Below are positions 48,260 through 57,706 of a stretch of 64,000 bases of DNA, in pieces. The translations under genes and the position numbers were made by a program. Every line of letters starts with the position of its first letter. Position 1 is the first letter of the stretch. Source of the stretch: Candidatus Krumholzibacteriia bacterium (lineage in GTDB: Bacteria; Krumholzibacteriota; Krumholzibacteriia; LZORAL124-64-63); the NCBI GenBank assembly GCA_050174015.1, contig JBFXKG010000005.1:64001-128000 (forward strand), given 5' to 3'. The notes below the pieces were generated by a model that did no database searches, was not told where the DNA came from, and saw only the letters and a program-made list of their open reading frames with translations.

Positions 48260-49117
48260 TCAGCCCCTCGCCAGCTCCCCCAGGATCTCCCCCCGCGCTC
48301 CCTCCCTCAGCTTCCGCATGGCCCGGTTGCGGATCTGGCGCACCCGCTCCCGTGACAGCCGCAACCTCTGCCCGATCGACTCCAGGGACTGCGAGGGTTC
48401 CTGGCCCAGCCCGAAGTAGCTCGCCAGGACTCCCCGTTCCCGCTGATCCAGTTCGGCCATGGCCGCAGCCAGGTGCTCTTCCAGACCCTGATTCTCCAGC
48501 GCGGTCAGGGGCACTGCGGCGCCGGGGTCGGCCAGGGTCTCCGCAAGGGTGGGGCTCTCGCCGTCGCCCTGCTCGTCCAGGGGGATGTTGGGCCGCCCGG
48601 CCGCCCGGATCCGGCCGATGATCAGGGGATCGAGGCCCATTTCACGGGCGAGATCGAGGTCCTGGGTCTCGCCCATGGCGGACTGGTTCATCCGCCTTTC
48701 GATGGCGGCGATCTTTACCGCGTCGCGCGCCCGGTTGGCGGGGAGCCGCACCGTGCGGGTCTTCTCCTGCAGGGCGGTGAGGATGGTCTGGCGGATCCAC
48801 CAGGCCGCGTAGGTGATGAACCGCGAATCGCGCCGCTCGTCGAACCTGCGGGCGGCGGTGATCAGGCCGACGTTGCCCTCGGCGATCAGGTCCATCGTGC
48901 TCAGGCCCCGTCCCAGGTACCGCTTCGCCACGCTGACCACGAACCGCAGGTTGGCGTTGACCATGGCGTCGAGGGCCTCGCCGTCGCCCCCGCGGATGCG
49001 CCGTGCCAGATCCTGCTCCTGCTCGCGGCTCAGCAGGGGATACCGCCCGATGATGCGGAGATAATGTTTCAGGGCCGGATCGTTCCGGCGCTCGAGATTG
49101 CTCTCGTATTCGTGCAT
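48260..49117 (-). CDS. Short RpoD/RpoS-family alternative sigma factor
   Basis: 'YL..I...PLLS..QE..LA', 'ANLRFVVSVAKRY', 'DLI.EGN.GL', 'F.TYA.WWIRQ', 'SRERVRQI'. Confidence 0.9.
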   Translation of the reverse strand: MHEYESNLERRNDPALKHYLRIIGRYPLLSREQEQDLARRIRGGDGEALDAMVNANLRFVVSVAKRYLGRGLSTMDLIAEGNVGLITAARRFDERRDSRFITYAAWWIRQTILTALQEKTRTVRLPANRARDAVKIAAIERRMNQSAMGETQDLDLAREMGLDPLIIGRIRAAGRPNIPLDEQGDGESPTLAETLADPGAAVPLTALENQGLEEHLAAAMAELDQRERGVLASYFGLGQEPSQSLESIGQRLRLSRERVRQIRNRAMRKLREGARGEILGELARG

Positions 49118-49245
49118 GACACCCTCCCGTCGGTGCGATCCGGATTCATGGAGGGCTTACGAGGATGGCGGCGGGGTGTGACCGGGAAAGGCGGGGCCCC
49201 CGCAGGGGCCCCCGGAGGGGCCCCACGGGGCGATCGCGGCGGAGA

Positions 49246-50058
49246 TCAGCTCCTGTATTCCTGTCCCTTCAGGACCTGGGTCGCGCCCCCCTCGAGGAAG
49301 TGGTAGTCGGAGTACCCGTATTCCTCAAGGTAGTACTGGAGCCACTTGATCTGCTTGCCGACCTGGTCGAAGATCAGGAGCGTCTTGTCCTGGTTCTCCT
49401 TCCGGGCCACGAAGTTGGGGATGAAGACGTCCAGGGGGATTCCCCGGGCCCCGGTGATCCCCGGCAGGTCGCCGGATTTCTGGATGTGGTCGCGGACGTC
49501 GATCACCATCGCGTTCGGTTCGGCGGCCTTGGTCTGGAACGCGGCGAAATCCAGGCACTTGCCCTGGAAGTAGGACTTCTTCAGGAGCTGCTTGTCGGGG
49601 TCGGTGATGGCCTTGCCCAGCAACAGGGTACTCTGCGGCCAGACGGAGGCCCATTCGGGGATGCCGGCATCGAAGGCGTAGACGTTGTCGAATCCCGCGG
49701 CCATGGCTTCCTGCGCCGCCTTGTAGGATTTCAGGCAGGTGGTGCCGTTGCAGTAGAACGCGACGTTGCGGCCCGGGTTGGCGGCGACCAGATCGGCGAT
49801 CTCGCCGGCGAAGGTCTTCTGCGAGACGGCGATGTGATGGGCGCCGTCGATGTGGATGACGTCGTACTCCAGCTTGGAGCGAACGTCGACGACCACGAAT
49901 TCGCCGCTTTCCAGGCCCAGGAACAGGTCGTAGGTTTCAATGGTCTTGACATCGGGATAATCCCCGCGGTAGGGATATTTCTCGTCGGCCGACGCCGTCA
50001 CGGCGAGGCCGGCGATCAGGGCGACGGCGAGCATGGCGTGGATCTTCGAGCGGATCAT
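49246..50058 (-). CDS. Exported tandem rhodanese-domain protein
   Basis: Signal peptide; 'VDVRS..EY...HI.GA', active-site-like 'FYCNG..C.KS'; second domain has D instead of C. Confidence 0.8.
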   Translation of the reverse strand: MIRSKIHAMLAVALIAGLAVTASADEKYPYRGDYPDVKTIETYDLFLGLESGEFVVVDVRSKLEYDVIHIDGAHHIAVSQKTFAGEIADLVAANPGRNVAFYCNGTTCLKSYKAAQEAMAAGFDNVYAFDAGIPEWASVWPQSTLLLGKAITDPDKQLLKKSYFQGKCLDFAAFQTKAAEPNAMVIDVRDHIQKSGDLPGITGARGIPLDVFIPNFVARKENQDKTLLIFDQVGKQIKWLQYYLEEYGYSDYHFLEGGATQVLKGQEYRS

Positions 50059-50157
50059 GGGGCTCCTCCTCCGGATGGTGCCTGGGTTCGTTCCTGGTTT
50101 GTGGTATTCGGATGGAATCCCATCGACAGTGTGGGGATTTTCTTGAGGAGGAATCCC

Positions 50158-50661
50158 ATGGATGTGGTGCGCAGGGGGAAAACGGGCGGGACCATGCTGC
50201 TCATGGCCCTGGTCCTGGTGGCGATCGGCGCCCTGGCCCTGGGGGCCGGGGAGAAGATGAGCGTCCAGGTCAAGACCGGCCAGCTCCGGGCCAAGGCCTC
50301 GTTCCTGGGGGCGCTGACGGGCGAGGTCGGGTACGGGACGCGGGTGGACGTGGTGGCCCGGCAGGGGGCCTGGGTCAAGGTGTCCGGGGCGGGCAAGGAG
50401 GGCTGGATCCACGAATCCGCCCTGACCCCCAAGGTCGTGGTCATGAAGGCGGGGGACGCGCCGGTCGGGACGGGCGCCGGCGGCGACGAGGTCGCCCTCG
50501 CCGGCAAGGGATTCAACTCCCAGGTCGAGGAGGAATACCGCAAGGAGAACAGGGAGGTCGACTTCGCCTGGGTCGACCGCATGGAGAAGTTCGTGATCAC
50601 CCCCCGGCAGGCAGCCGACTTCCTCGCCGAAGGCTCCGTCGGAACCGAAGGGGGGAACTGA
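50158..50661 (+). CDS. Exported SH3b-domain protein
   Basis: 'LR.K.SF.G.....V.YG..V.V....G.W.KV......GWIH'. Confidence 0.75.
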   Translation: MDVVRRGKTGGTMLLMALVLVAIGALALGAGEKMSVQVKTGQLRAKASFLGALTGEVGYGTRVDVVARQGAWVKVSGAGKEGWIHESALTPKVVVMKAGDAPVGTGAGGDEVALAGKGFNSQVEEEYRKENREVDFAWVDRMEKFVITPRQAADFLAEGSVGTEGGN

Positions 50662-50662
50662 C

Positions 50663-51589
50663 ATGAAGACCTTCGGCACGACGATCCGGACCGTACTGGT
50701 GATCCTGGCCCTGGCCGCCCTGGCGGCCGGCTGCGCCTCGGTGGCCAAGATGGCCACCCAGGTGGGCCAGGGGACCGGGGCCATCACCGAGGACCAGGCC
50801 CAGTCCCTGAACCGCAGCATCGACGCGGTGGAGAAGACCTTCACCGACATCACGCCCGAGCAGGAGTACTACCTGGGCCGCGCCGTGGCGGCCAACCTGC
50901 TGACCGACCAGCGGGCCCTGGACGATGCGGCGGCCAACGCCTACCTGAACCGCCTGGGCCAGACCCTGGCCATGGCCTCGGACCGCCCGGAGACCTTCGG
51001 CGGATACCACTTCCTGCTGCTGGATTCGGACGAGATCAACGCCTTCGCCGCGCCCGGCGGCCTGATCCTGGTCACCCGGGGCATGGTGCGGCTTTGCGGG
51101 ACCGAGGACGAACTGGCGGCGGTCCTCGCGCACGAGATCGGGCACATCCAGGGCAAGCACGGCCTGCGGGCCATCAAGAACAGCCGGCTGACCGGCGCCC
51201 TGACGGTCCTGGCGGCCGAGGGCGCGCGCCAGTTCGGCGGGCAGGACCTCAAGAATCTGGTCGAGGCCTACGAGGGCAGCATCAGCGACATCACCGGGAC
51301 CCTGGTGACAAGCGGTTACTCCCGCGGCCTGGAACAGGAAGCCGACCGGGCGGCGGTGGCCATCCTGGAGCGGGTGGGCTACGACCCGCACGCGCTGGTC
51401 ACGATGCTGACCCGCATGAAGGAGCGGCTCGAGCCCGGCGGGCTGGATTTCGCCAAGACCCATCCCGACCCGGGCGACCGGATCGCCGACATCAAGCCCC
51501 TGATGACCAGGGCGCCGGCGGCGGCCGAACCGGCTGCGCGCCACCGGAGGTTCATCGGGGCGGTGGGCGGACTGCTCGCCGGGTCATGA
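50663..51589 (+). CDS. M48-family zinc metalloprotease lipoprotein
   Basis: Lipobox AAGC; 'INAFAAPGG', 'LAHEIGH', 'E.EAD', 'THP'. Confidence 0.9.
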   Translation: MKTFGTTIRTVLVILALAALAAGCASVAKMATQVGQGTGAITEDQAQSLNRSIDAVEKTFTDITPEQEYYLGRAVAANLLTDQRALDDAAANAYLNRLGQTLAMASDRPETFGGYHFLLLDSDEINAFAAPGGLILVTRGMVRLCGTEDELAAVLAHEIGHIQGKHGLRAIKNSRLTGALTVLAAEGARQFGGQDLKNLVEAYEGSISDITGTLVTSGYSRGLEQEADRAAVAILERVGYDPHALVTMLTRMKERLEPGGLDFAKTHPDPGDRIADIKPLMTRAPAAAEPAARHRRFIGAVGGLLAGS

Positions 51590-53691
51590 CCTCCCTGCGG
51601 AGCAAGGCGGGCCAGGGGGCGCTCCTGGGTCTGGGAGCGACGGCCCTGGCCTGCCTGCTGTGGTGGTCCGGGGCGCTGGAGCGGGCCGAGAACGTGACCT
51701 GGGACTGGCGGGTCCGCCTCACCGCGGGGGCCGATTCGCGGACGGCCGCGTTCGCAGCGGATTCCCTGGCGGTCATCCTGCTCGACCAGGCCAGCCTGGA
51801 CTGGGGCCAGGAGACCAGCGGCTGGTCCTGGCCGTGGCCGCGCGAGGTCTACGGGGCCGTCATCGGGTTCTGCAAGCAGGCGGGCGCCGCCACCCTGGCC
51901 TTCGACGTCCTGTTCACCGAGCCGTCGGTCTACGGCATGGCCGACGACGAGGCCCTGGCCGAGGCCATGGCCGACTTCGGTCCCTTCGTCGGGGCCCTGT
52001 TCGTTCACGAGGCATCGGCGGGGAACGCCCCCGACCGGGCCGGAGGCGACGGGCCTGCGCCGTCGCCCATCACCCTGCCCATCCCCGAGGTGGCGGCCGC
52101 CGCCGCCGTGCTGGGCAACGTGGCGGACGTTCCGGACGCCGACGGCATCTTCCGCCGCGCCTCGCTCGTTCGCCTCTCGCCGGATCCCGATCTTCTCAAT
52201 CGCCGCATCCCCTCGCTGGGTTACGCCCAGTTCGAACTCGCGCGGCCTGGCGCTTCAGCCGGTCTCACGTCCGTGGTGATCGACGGCGATCCGGTGCTCG
52301 GCTCCAGGGCGCCCCGGCCTGTCCTGAGGTACGTGGCCCCCGATCGGGCCTGGCCCCAGTACGGCGCCGCGGCGGTGATCCGGTCCTACCTGCAGATGAT
52401 GGAGGGTTCCGAGCCTACCCTCGACCCTGCGTCGCTGCGGGGGAGGCACGTGCTGTTCGGGTTCAGCGCTCCGGGCCTGCTCGACCTGCGGCCCACGCCC
52501 CTGAGTCGCGTGGCCCCGGGGGTGACCGTCCACGCCACGGTGCTGGCCGACCTGATGACCGACGGATTCATCGCCGGCACCCCGCCGGCCGCGGCGGTCC
52601 TCGTCCACGCGTTGCTGGCTGTGCTTACGGCCGGTCTGCTGCTGGGGGCCCGCAGGTCGTGGCAGACCGGCCTGGTGCTGCTGGGCGGGGTGGCGATCCT
52701 GCTGGTCTGGGCCTGGGCGCAGGCGTCGGCCGGTCGGTGGTGGCCGGTGGTTCCGGGGCTCGGCGGACAGGTCCTGGCCATGGCCGGGGCCCTGGTGCTG
52801 GCCTGGTCCACGGAGGGCCGCAAGAAGCGCTTCATCAGCCAGGCGTTCGGGCACTACCTCAGCCCCGCGGTGATCGCGGCGATCATGGAGGATCCCGACA
52901 GGCTTCAACTCGGCGGAGAGAGGCGCGAGCTGACCATCTTCTTCTCCGACCTGGCCGGATTCACCGGCATCAGCGAGAAGCTCGACCCGAAGGATCTGGT
53001 GGTCCTGCTGAACGAGTACCTGTCCGACATGACGGACATCATCCTGCAGGAGCAGGGCACGCTGGACAAATACGAGGGGGATGCGATCATCGCCTTCTGG
53101 AACGCGCCGCTGGACCAGCCGGACCATGCCGCGCGGGCGTGCCGCACGGCGGTGCTTTGCCAGCGCCGGCTGGCCGATCGCCGCGCCGGGTTCAAGGAGC
53201 GCTTCGGCGTCGATCTGCACATGCGCATCGGCCTGCACACCGGTCCGGTGACCGTGGGCAACATGGGTTCCCAGGACCGCTTCGATTACACGGTGCTCGG
53301 GGACGCCGCCAACCTGGCCTCGCGGCTGGAAGGCGCCAACAAGGTGTTCGGGACCGCCGTGATGGCGTCGCAGACGACGGTCGAGGCGGCCGCCGGGGCG
53401 GTCATCGCGCGCGAACTCGGCGACCTGCAGGTCGTCGGCCGCCAGACCGCGGTGACGGTCGCGGAGATCACCGGCCTCGCCGGCGATCCGGCCCCGGGTC
53501 ACTGGCCCGAGTACGCCCGGGCCCTGGAACTGTGCCGCGGGGGCCGTCCCCAGGACGCCTTGCCGGTGTTCGCGGGGCTTGGCTCCGGGCCGGCTGCGGA
53601 TCCTGCAGCGGCCGCCTGGGCCGAGCGCCTGCAGTCCGAAGCGGCCGAGCCGGAAGCCTTCGCTGCGGTCTGGAGCCTCAAGGGGAAGTAG
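51586..53691 (+). CDS. CHASE2-domain class III adenylate cyclase
   Basis: 'WPWPR', 'FDVLF.E', 'D.DG..RR', three TM helices, 'FSDL.GFT', 'DKYEGDA', 'YTVLGD.ANLASRLE'. Confidence 0.9.
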   Translation: MTSLRSKAGQGALLGLGATALACLLWWSGALERAENVTWDWRVRLTAGADSRTAAFAADSLAVILLDQASLDWGQETSGWSWPWPREVYGAVIGFCKQAGAATLAFDVLFTEPSVYGMADDEALAEAMADFGPFVGALFVHEASAGNAPDRAGGDGPAPSPITLPIPEVAAAAAVLGNVADVPDADGIFRRASLVRLSPDPDLLNRRIPSLGYAQFELARPGASAGLTSVVIDGDPVLGSRAPRPVLRYVAPDRAWPQYGAAAVIRSYLQMMEGSEPTLDPASLRGRHVLFGFSAPGLLDLRPTPLSRVAPGVTVHATVLADLMTDGFIAGTPPAAAVLVHALLAVLTAGLLLGARRSWQTGLVLLGGVAILLVWAWAQASAGRWWPVVPGLGGQVLAMAGALVLAWSTEGRKKRFISQAFGHYLSPAVIAAIMEDPDRLQLGGERRELTIFFSDLAGFTGISEKLDPKDLVVLLNEYLSDMTDIILQEQGTLDKYEGDAIIAFWNAPLDQPDHAARACRTAVLCQRRLADRRAGFKERFGVDLHMRIGLHTGPVTVGNMGSQDRFDYTVLGDAANLASRLEGANKVFGTAVMASQTTVEAAAGAVIARELGDLQVVGRQTAVTVAEITGLAGDPAPGHWPEYARALELCRGGRPQDALPVFAGLGSGPAADPAAAAWAERLQSEAAEPEAFAAVWSLKGK

Positions 53692-53696
53692 GTCCG

Positions 53697-54536
53697 ATGA
53701 AGCTGTTCCTCGCAGGCGTGCGCGGGTCGCGCCCGGTCACCGGGTCGCAGGTGGCGCGCTACGGCGGAGACACCACCAGCGTCCTGGTCACCGGCCGGGC
53801 GGGCGAAACCGTGGTCATCGACGCCGGATCGGGACTGGCGGCCATCGAGCCGCGCCTGGGGGGACCCGCCCAGGACGTCCTTCTGCTCTTGACGCACCTG
53901 CATCTCGACCACCTGCAGGGACTGCCGGGATTCGGGCCGTTCTGGCAGGCCGGGCGCAGGATCGTCGTCCTCGGTCCGCTCGGCAGCCGGGATGCGGCAT
54001 GCGGTCTCGTCGGCCCGCCCTACTGGCCCCTGAGTCTCGTGGACGCCCCGGCGGACGTCGCCTTCACCGAGGGCGACCCCGCGGCGGTCGTCTGGGGCGG
54101 CCTGCGGATCAGCAGCTTCCCGGTGGCGCATCCGGGGGGGAGCCTGGCCTATCGCATCGACGAACCGGCTACGAACCGGTCTCTGGTGTTCGCCACCGAC
54201 GTCGAGTGGGAGTCGATGGACGCGTCCGCCCGGAGGGATTTCGCGGCCTTCTGCCGGACCCCGGCGCCGGTGGATCTGCTGCTGATGGACGGGCACCTGA
54301 CCCCCGCCAACGCCCCCGACCGCAGGGGCTGGGGACACAGTTCGTACGAGGAGGTGGCGGCCGCCGGCGAGGCGGCCGGGGCGGGCCGGGTACTCGTCAT
54401 CCACCACGATCCGGATCATGACGACGGGCAGCTCGACCGCCTGGCGGCCGACCTGGAGGCCCACGTGGCGCAGAGGGGGTACGCCTTCACGGCCGCCCTC
54501 GCAAGGCAAGGGGACGAGGAGGATCTCGGCGGATGA
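53697..54536 (+). CDS. MBL-fold metallohydrolase (putative cyclic-nucleotide phosphodiesterase)
   Basis: 'G.RGS.P', 'YGG.T', 'THLHLDH', 'HPG', 'WGHS', 'HHDP'. Confidence 0.8.
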   Translation: MKLFLAGVRGSRPVTGSQVARYGGDTTSVLVTGRAGETVVIDAGSGLAAIEPRLGGPAQDVLLLLTHLHLDHLQGLPGFGPFWQAGRRIVVLGPLGSRDAACGLVGPPYWPLSLVDAPADVAFTEGDPAAVVWGGLRISSFPVAHPGGSLAYRIDEPATNRSLVFATDVEWESMDASARRDFAAFCRTPAPVDLLLMDGHLTPANAPDRRGWGHSSYEEVAAAGEAAGAGRVLVIHHDPDHDDGQLDRLAADLEAHVAQRGYAFTAALARQGDEEDLGG

Positions 54537-56137
54537 ACCAGTATGCACCGTTGATCATCGAGCTGGGAATCATGGCGGCCGTGTGGCTGCTCGGGGCGGG
54601 GTTCGCCTCGGTGTTCCACCGGAAGTCGCGGACCGAACACGGGAGCCGGGGCCGCCCCCGCAACCTGGGGACGCTGCTGGCCTACCTGGCCCTGCCGGTC
54701 TTCGTGCTGGTCCTGTCCTTCGGGGCCGAACGGGCCGCCGGGCTGTTCCCGCAGGCTGCGGCCTGGCTCGACGGCCACGGCAACCACGTCTCGGCCTGGC
54801 TTCTGTTCTGGCTGGGAGTGGGGCTGATCCTGCTGGTCGAGGGAATCCTCCATCTGGTCTACGCCTCCCGCGGGCGGAACTTCCCGGTCCCGGACCTGCT
54901 GCTGGACATCCTGAGGCTGCTGCTGATCCTGGCGGTGGCTTTCGGTGTCCTGAGGTTCGAACTCGGACTGAACATCGGGCCCCTCCTGGCGTCCACCGCC
55001 CTGATCACGGCCGTGGTCGGCTTCGCCTTGCAGGGCGTGCTGGGGAACCTGCTGGCGGGCATGTCCCTGCACATCTCGCGGTCCATGGTGCCGGGAGACT
55101 GGATCGATCTGGGCGGGACCACGGGCAAGGTCGTCGAGACCAACTGGCGCGAGACCCGGGTGCGGACCAACGACGGCCACATGATCATCGTGCCCAACAG
55201 CAAGGTGGCCGACGCGGTCATCCACAACATGGTGCGGCCCAATTCCACCCGCCGCCATCAGGTCAACGTCGGTGCCAGCTACGCCGATGCTCCCGACGCC
55301 GTGATCGCCGCCCTGGTCGAGGCGGCGCTCGAGGTGCCCGAGGTCCTGCGCAACCCCGCCCCGGACGCCTTCGTCACCGCCTACCAGGATTACGGCATCA
55401 ACTACGTGCTGCGGTTCTGGTCGAAGGAGTACCACCGCCGGCTGGTCATCGAGGGTCACGTCAACCGGATGATCTGGTACAAGTTCAAGCGGCGGGGCAT
55501 CGAGATCCCCTTCCCCATGTCCGACAAGCTGCTGTACGACTTCATGGAGGTGGTTCAGACCCAGGGACGCAAGCCCGCGCCTGCCGCCGAGCTGAGCCGC
55601 ATCACCGAACTGCTGGCCGGCAGCGACCTCGTCCGCACCCTGGCGACCGATCTCCAGGGCGCGCCGCTGCTGACGCGGGAGCATCTGGCGGAACTCGCCC
55701 CTCACGTGCGCCGCGTCCTGTACACCCGGGGGGAGACCCTGTGCCGCCAGGGGGATCAGGGCGATTCCTGTTTCCTGGTGGTGAGCGGGCAGCTTTCCGG
55801 GCGGGTCCGCAACGAACAGGGACAGGAGATCGCCGCCTTCGATCTGGGGCCGGGGGCCCTGGTGGGCGAGATGAGCCTGATGCTGGGGGTTCCCCGTTCG
55901 GCGGAGATCACCCTGCCCGAGGGGGCCGAGTTGATCGAGATCGGCCCGGAGGCGTTCAAGGTGCTCCTGGGCCTGCATCCGGAGGTCCCCGAATCCCTGG
56001 CGAGACTGGCCGAGGACCGGGCCAAGGCCAACCGGGCGGCCCTGGAGGCCTGGGCCGGCGCCCGGAACGGAAACGAGGGGATCGAGTTGAACGCCAAGGG
56101 ATTCCTGCATCGGTTCCTGAAGATCCTGGGCCGCTGA
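54533..56137 (+). CDS. MscS-family channel with C-terminal cNMP-binding domain
   Basis: 'GFALQ..LGNL.AG', 'GDWI', 'GIEIPFP'; cNMP domain 'QGD.GD....V.SG...GE.SL..G.PRSA'. Confidence 0.9.
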   Translation: MNQYAPLIIELGIMAAVWLLGAGFASVFHRKSRTEHGSRGRPRNLGTLLAYLALPVFVLVLSFGAERAAGLFPQAAAWLDGHGNHVSAWLLFWLGVGLILLVEGILHLVYASRGRNFPVPDLLLDILRLLLILAVAFGVLRFELGLNIGPLLASTALITAVVGFALQGVLGNLLAGMSLHISRSMVPGDWIDLGGTTGKVVETNWRETRVRTNDGHMIIVPNSKVADAVIHNMVRPNSTRRHQVNVGASYADAPDAVIAALVEAALEVPEVLRNPAPDAFVTAYQDYGINYVLRFWSKEYHRRLVIEGHVNRMIWYKFKRRGIEIPFPMSDKLLYDFMEVVQTQGRKPAPAAELSRITELLAGSDLVRTLATDLQGAPLLTREHLAELAPHVRRVLYTRGETLCRQGDQGDSCFLVVSGQLSGRVRNEQGQEIAAFDLGPGALVGEMSLMLGVPRSAEITLPEGAELIEIGPEAFKVLLGLHPEVPESLARLAEDRAKANRAALEAWAGARNGNEGIELNAKGFLHRFLKILGR

Positions 56138-56169
56138 AACGGGTTTTCAATAAATTTTCCACAACGGCA

Positions 56170-56200
56170 TGGACAATTCCGGAACCAATACTATAGTATT
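56170..56200 (+). promoter_or_regulatory. Putative sigma70 promoter with a palindromic operator over the -10
   Basis: TGGACA-16-TATAGT; perfect palindrome AATACTATAGTATT at 56187-56200. Confidence 0.5.
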
Positions 56201-56304
56201 TTGGTATGACTTGAATCCGTAGCCACCGACACGGAGAACCAACGGGACCGTTCCCTTGATTTCATCGCCCGGCGCTCTCGTTGCCGGGCTGAAAGGAAGC
56301 TGCA

Positions 56305-56898
56305 ATGAAGCGCACCACGACCACCCTGATCGCCATGCTGGCCATCCTCGCCCTGTCCGCCACCCTGGCCATGGCGGGGGACGACTGCGGAGCCAAGAAG
56401 GCCGCCGCCAAGGGCGCCTGCGCGGACAAGGCCGCCGCCTGCGCCGACAAGGCCGGCGCGACCGCTCTGGAAGCCTCAGCCAAGGGCGCCTGCGCGGACA
56501 AGGCCGCCGCCTGTGCGGACAAGGCCGGAGCGACCGCCATGGAAGCCTCCGCCAAGGGCGCCTGCGCGGACAAGGCTGCCGCCTGCGCCACCAAGGCCGG
56601 CTCGTGCCCTGATCAGGCCGCCTGCGACGCCGTCAAGGCCGCCATGCACAAGTGTTGCGCCGAGGCCATGGCCGCGGGCAACGGCTGCTGCGGCAAGGAC
56701 GCCGCCGGCCTGAAGGCCGACTTCACTCAGAAGGTCGCCTCCCACAAGGCCGCCATGGCCGTGAAGGCCGACATGCACAAGTGCTGCGCCGAGGCCCTCG
56801 ACGCGGGCAAGGGCTGCTGCGGCAAGGACGCCGCCGGTCTGAAGGCCGACTTCGACAAGAAGGTCGCCGGGGTCGAGAAGAAGGTCGCCTCGATGTAA
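56305..56898 (+). CDS. Secreted Cys/Ala/Lys-rich repeat protein (17 Cys)
   Basis: Signal peptide; three 72-bp units (56407, 56479, 56551) and two units 129 bp apart (56644, 56773). Confidence 0.8.
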   Translation: MKRTTTTLIAMLAILALSATLAMAGDDCGAKKAAAKGACADKAAACADKAGATALEASAKGACADKAAACADKAGATAMEASAKGACADKAAACATKAGSCPDQAACDAVKAAMHKCCAEAMAAGNGCCGKDAAGLKADFTQKVASHKAAMAVKADMHKCCAEALDAGKGCCGKDAAGLKADFDKKVAGVEKKVASM

Positions 56899-56931
56899 TC
56901 CCCCGGTGCCAGCCTGACCACACACCGGGAC

Positions 56932-56963
56932 GGACCCCGGCTCCCTGCGAGCCGGGGTCTTTT
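56932..56963 (+). terminator. Rho-independent terminator
   Basis: GACCCCGGCTC-CCTGC-GAGCCGGGGTC-TTTT. Confidence 0.85.
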
Positions 56964-57079
56964 CCATGTCACCGGGTATCCATGCCTGCGTATTATCCCC
57001 TGTCGCCACCGGGCCGGGCATCCGTGCCGGTCCGGAGCGGGCAAGCGATCGGCGCCGATTTTCTTGCGAGGACGTGTCA

Positions 57080-57706
57080 TTGAACCTGAGAACCGCGTGG
57101 CGTGACCGCAGGCACGGGATCCTGCTCCGGCTGGCCCGGCGCGGTCACGAGGACTCCTTCACCAGGCTTTACCAGGAGCTGTACGCCCCGGTGACGGCTT
57201 TCGTCGCAAGCCGGGTCAGGAATCGCGAGGACGCCGAGGACGTCGTGTCCCAGGTCTTCCAGCGCTTCCTGGCGGGCATGGACGGGTTCGATGGCCGGCG
57301 CGGGAGCGTGCTCGGCTGGACCCTGGCCATGGCCCGACACGCAGTCATCGACCGCGCCCGGCGCCAGGCCGCCCACGGGGGCGCCCGGCGGTGGGTGGGG
57401 GACGTGGACGGCATGGCGGAGGTGCTGCCGTCCCCGGTCCCGGATGCCCTTGCGGCCCTGGTGGCGGACGAGGATCTGGCCAGGCTGGCCCGGCTGCTGG
57501 ACATGCAGCCGGCGGAGATCCGGGAGATGTTCGAGCTGCGCTTCGGCCAGGGCCTGGCCCTGAAGGACGTGGCCGGGGTGCTGGACCTGAGCGAGGACGC
57601 CGTCAAGCAGCGTTTCGCCCGGGCCACGCGGAAGCTGCGGGAACAATGGCGAGGCGACGTGAATCCGGCGGGCAAGGGAGGCAAGACATGCACGGCGACG
57701 GACTAG
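57080..57706 (+). CDS. ECF RNA polymerase sigma factor
   Basis: 'F..LY', 'DAEDVV..VF', 'W...AR..VID..R', region 4 'L..VA..L..SE..VK.R..RA..KLR'. Confidence 0.85.
   Translation: MNLRTAWRDRRHGILLRLARRGHEDSFTRLYQELYAPVTAFVASRVRNREDAEDVVSQVFQRFLAGMDGFDGRRGSVLGWTLAMARHAVIDRARRQAAHGGARRWVGDVDGMAEVLPSPVPDALAALVADEDLARLARLLDMQPAEIREMFELRFGQGLALKDVAGVLDLSEDAVKQRFARATRKLREQWRGDVNPAGKGGKTCTATD

Noticed and set aside
49193..49224. Triple GGGGCCCC palindrome as a repeat element
   Set aside because: Low-complexity GC hairpin downstream of the rhodanese gene; most simply a terminator-like structure.
56407..56860. CRISPR or non-coding tandem repeat
   Set aside because: The repeat periods (72 and 129 bp) are multiples of three and lie in frame within a coding gene.
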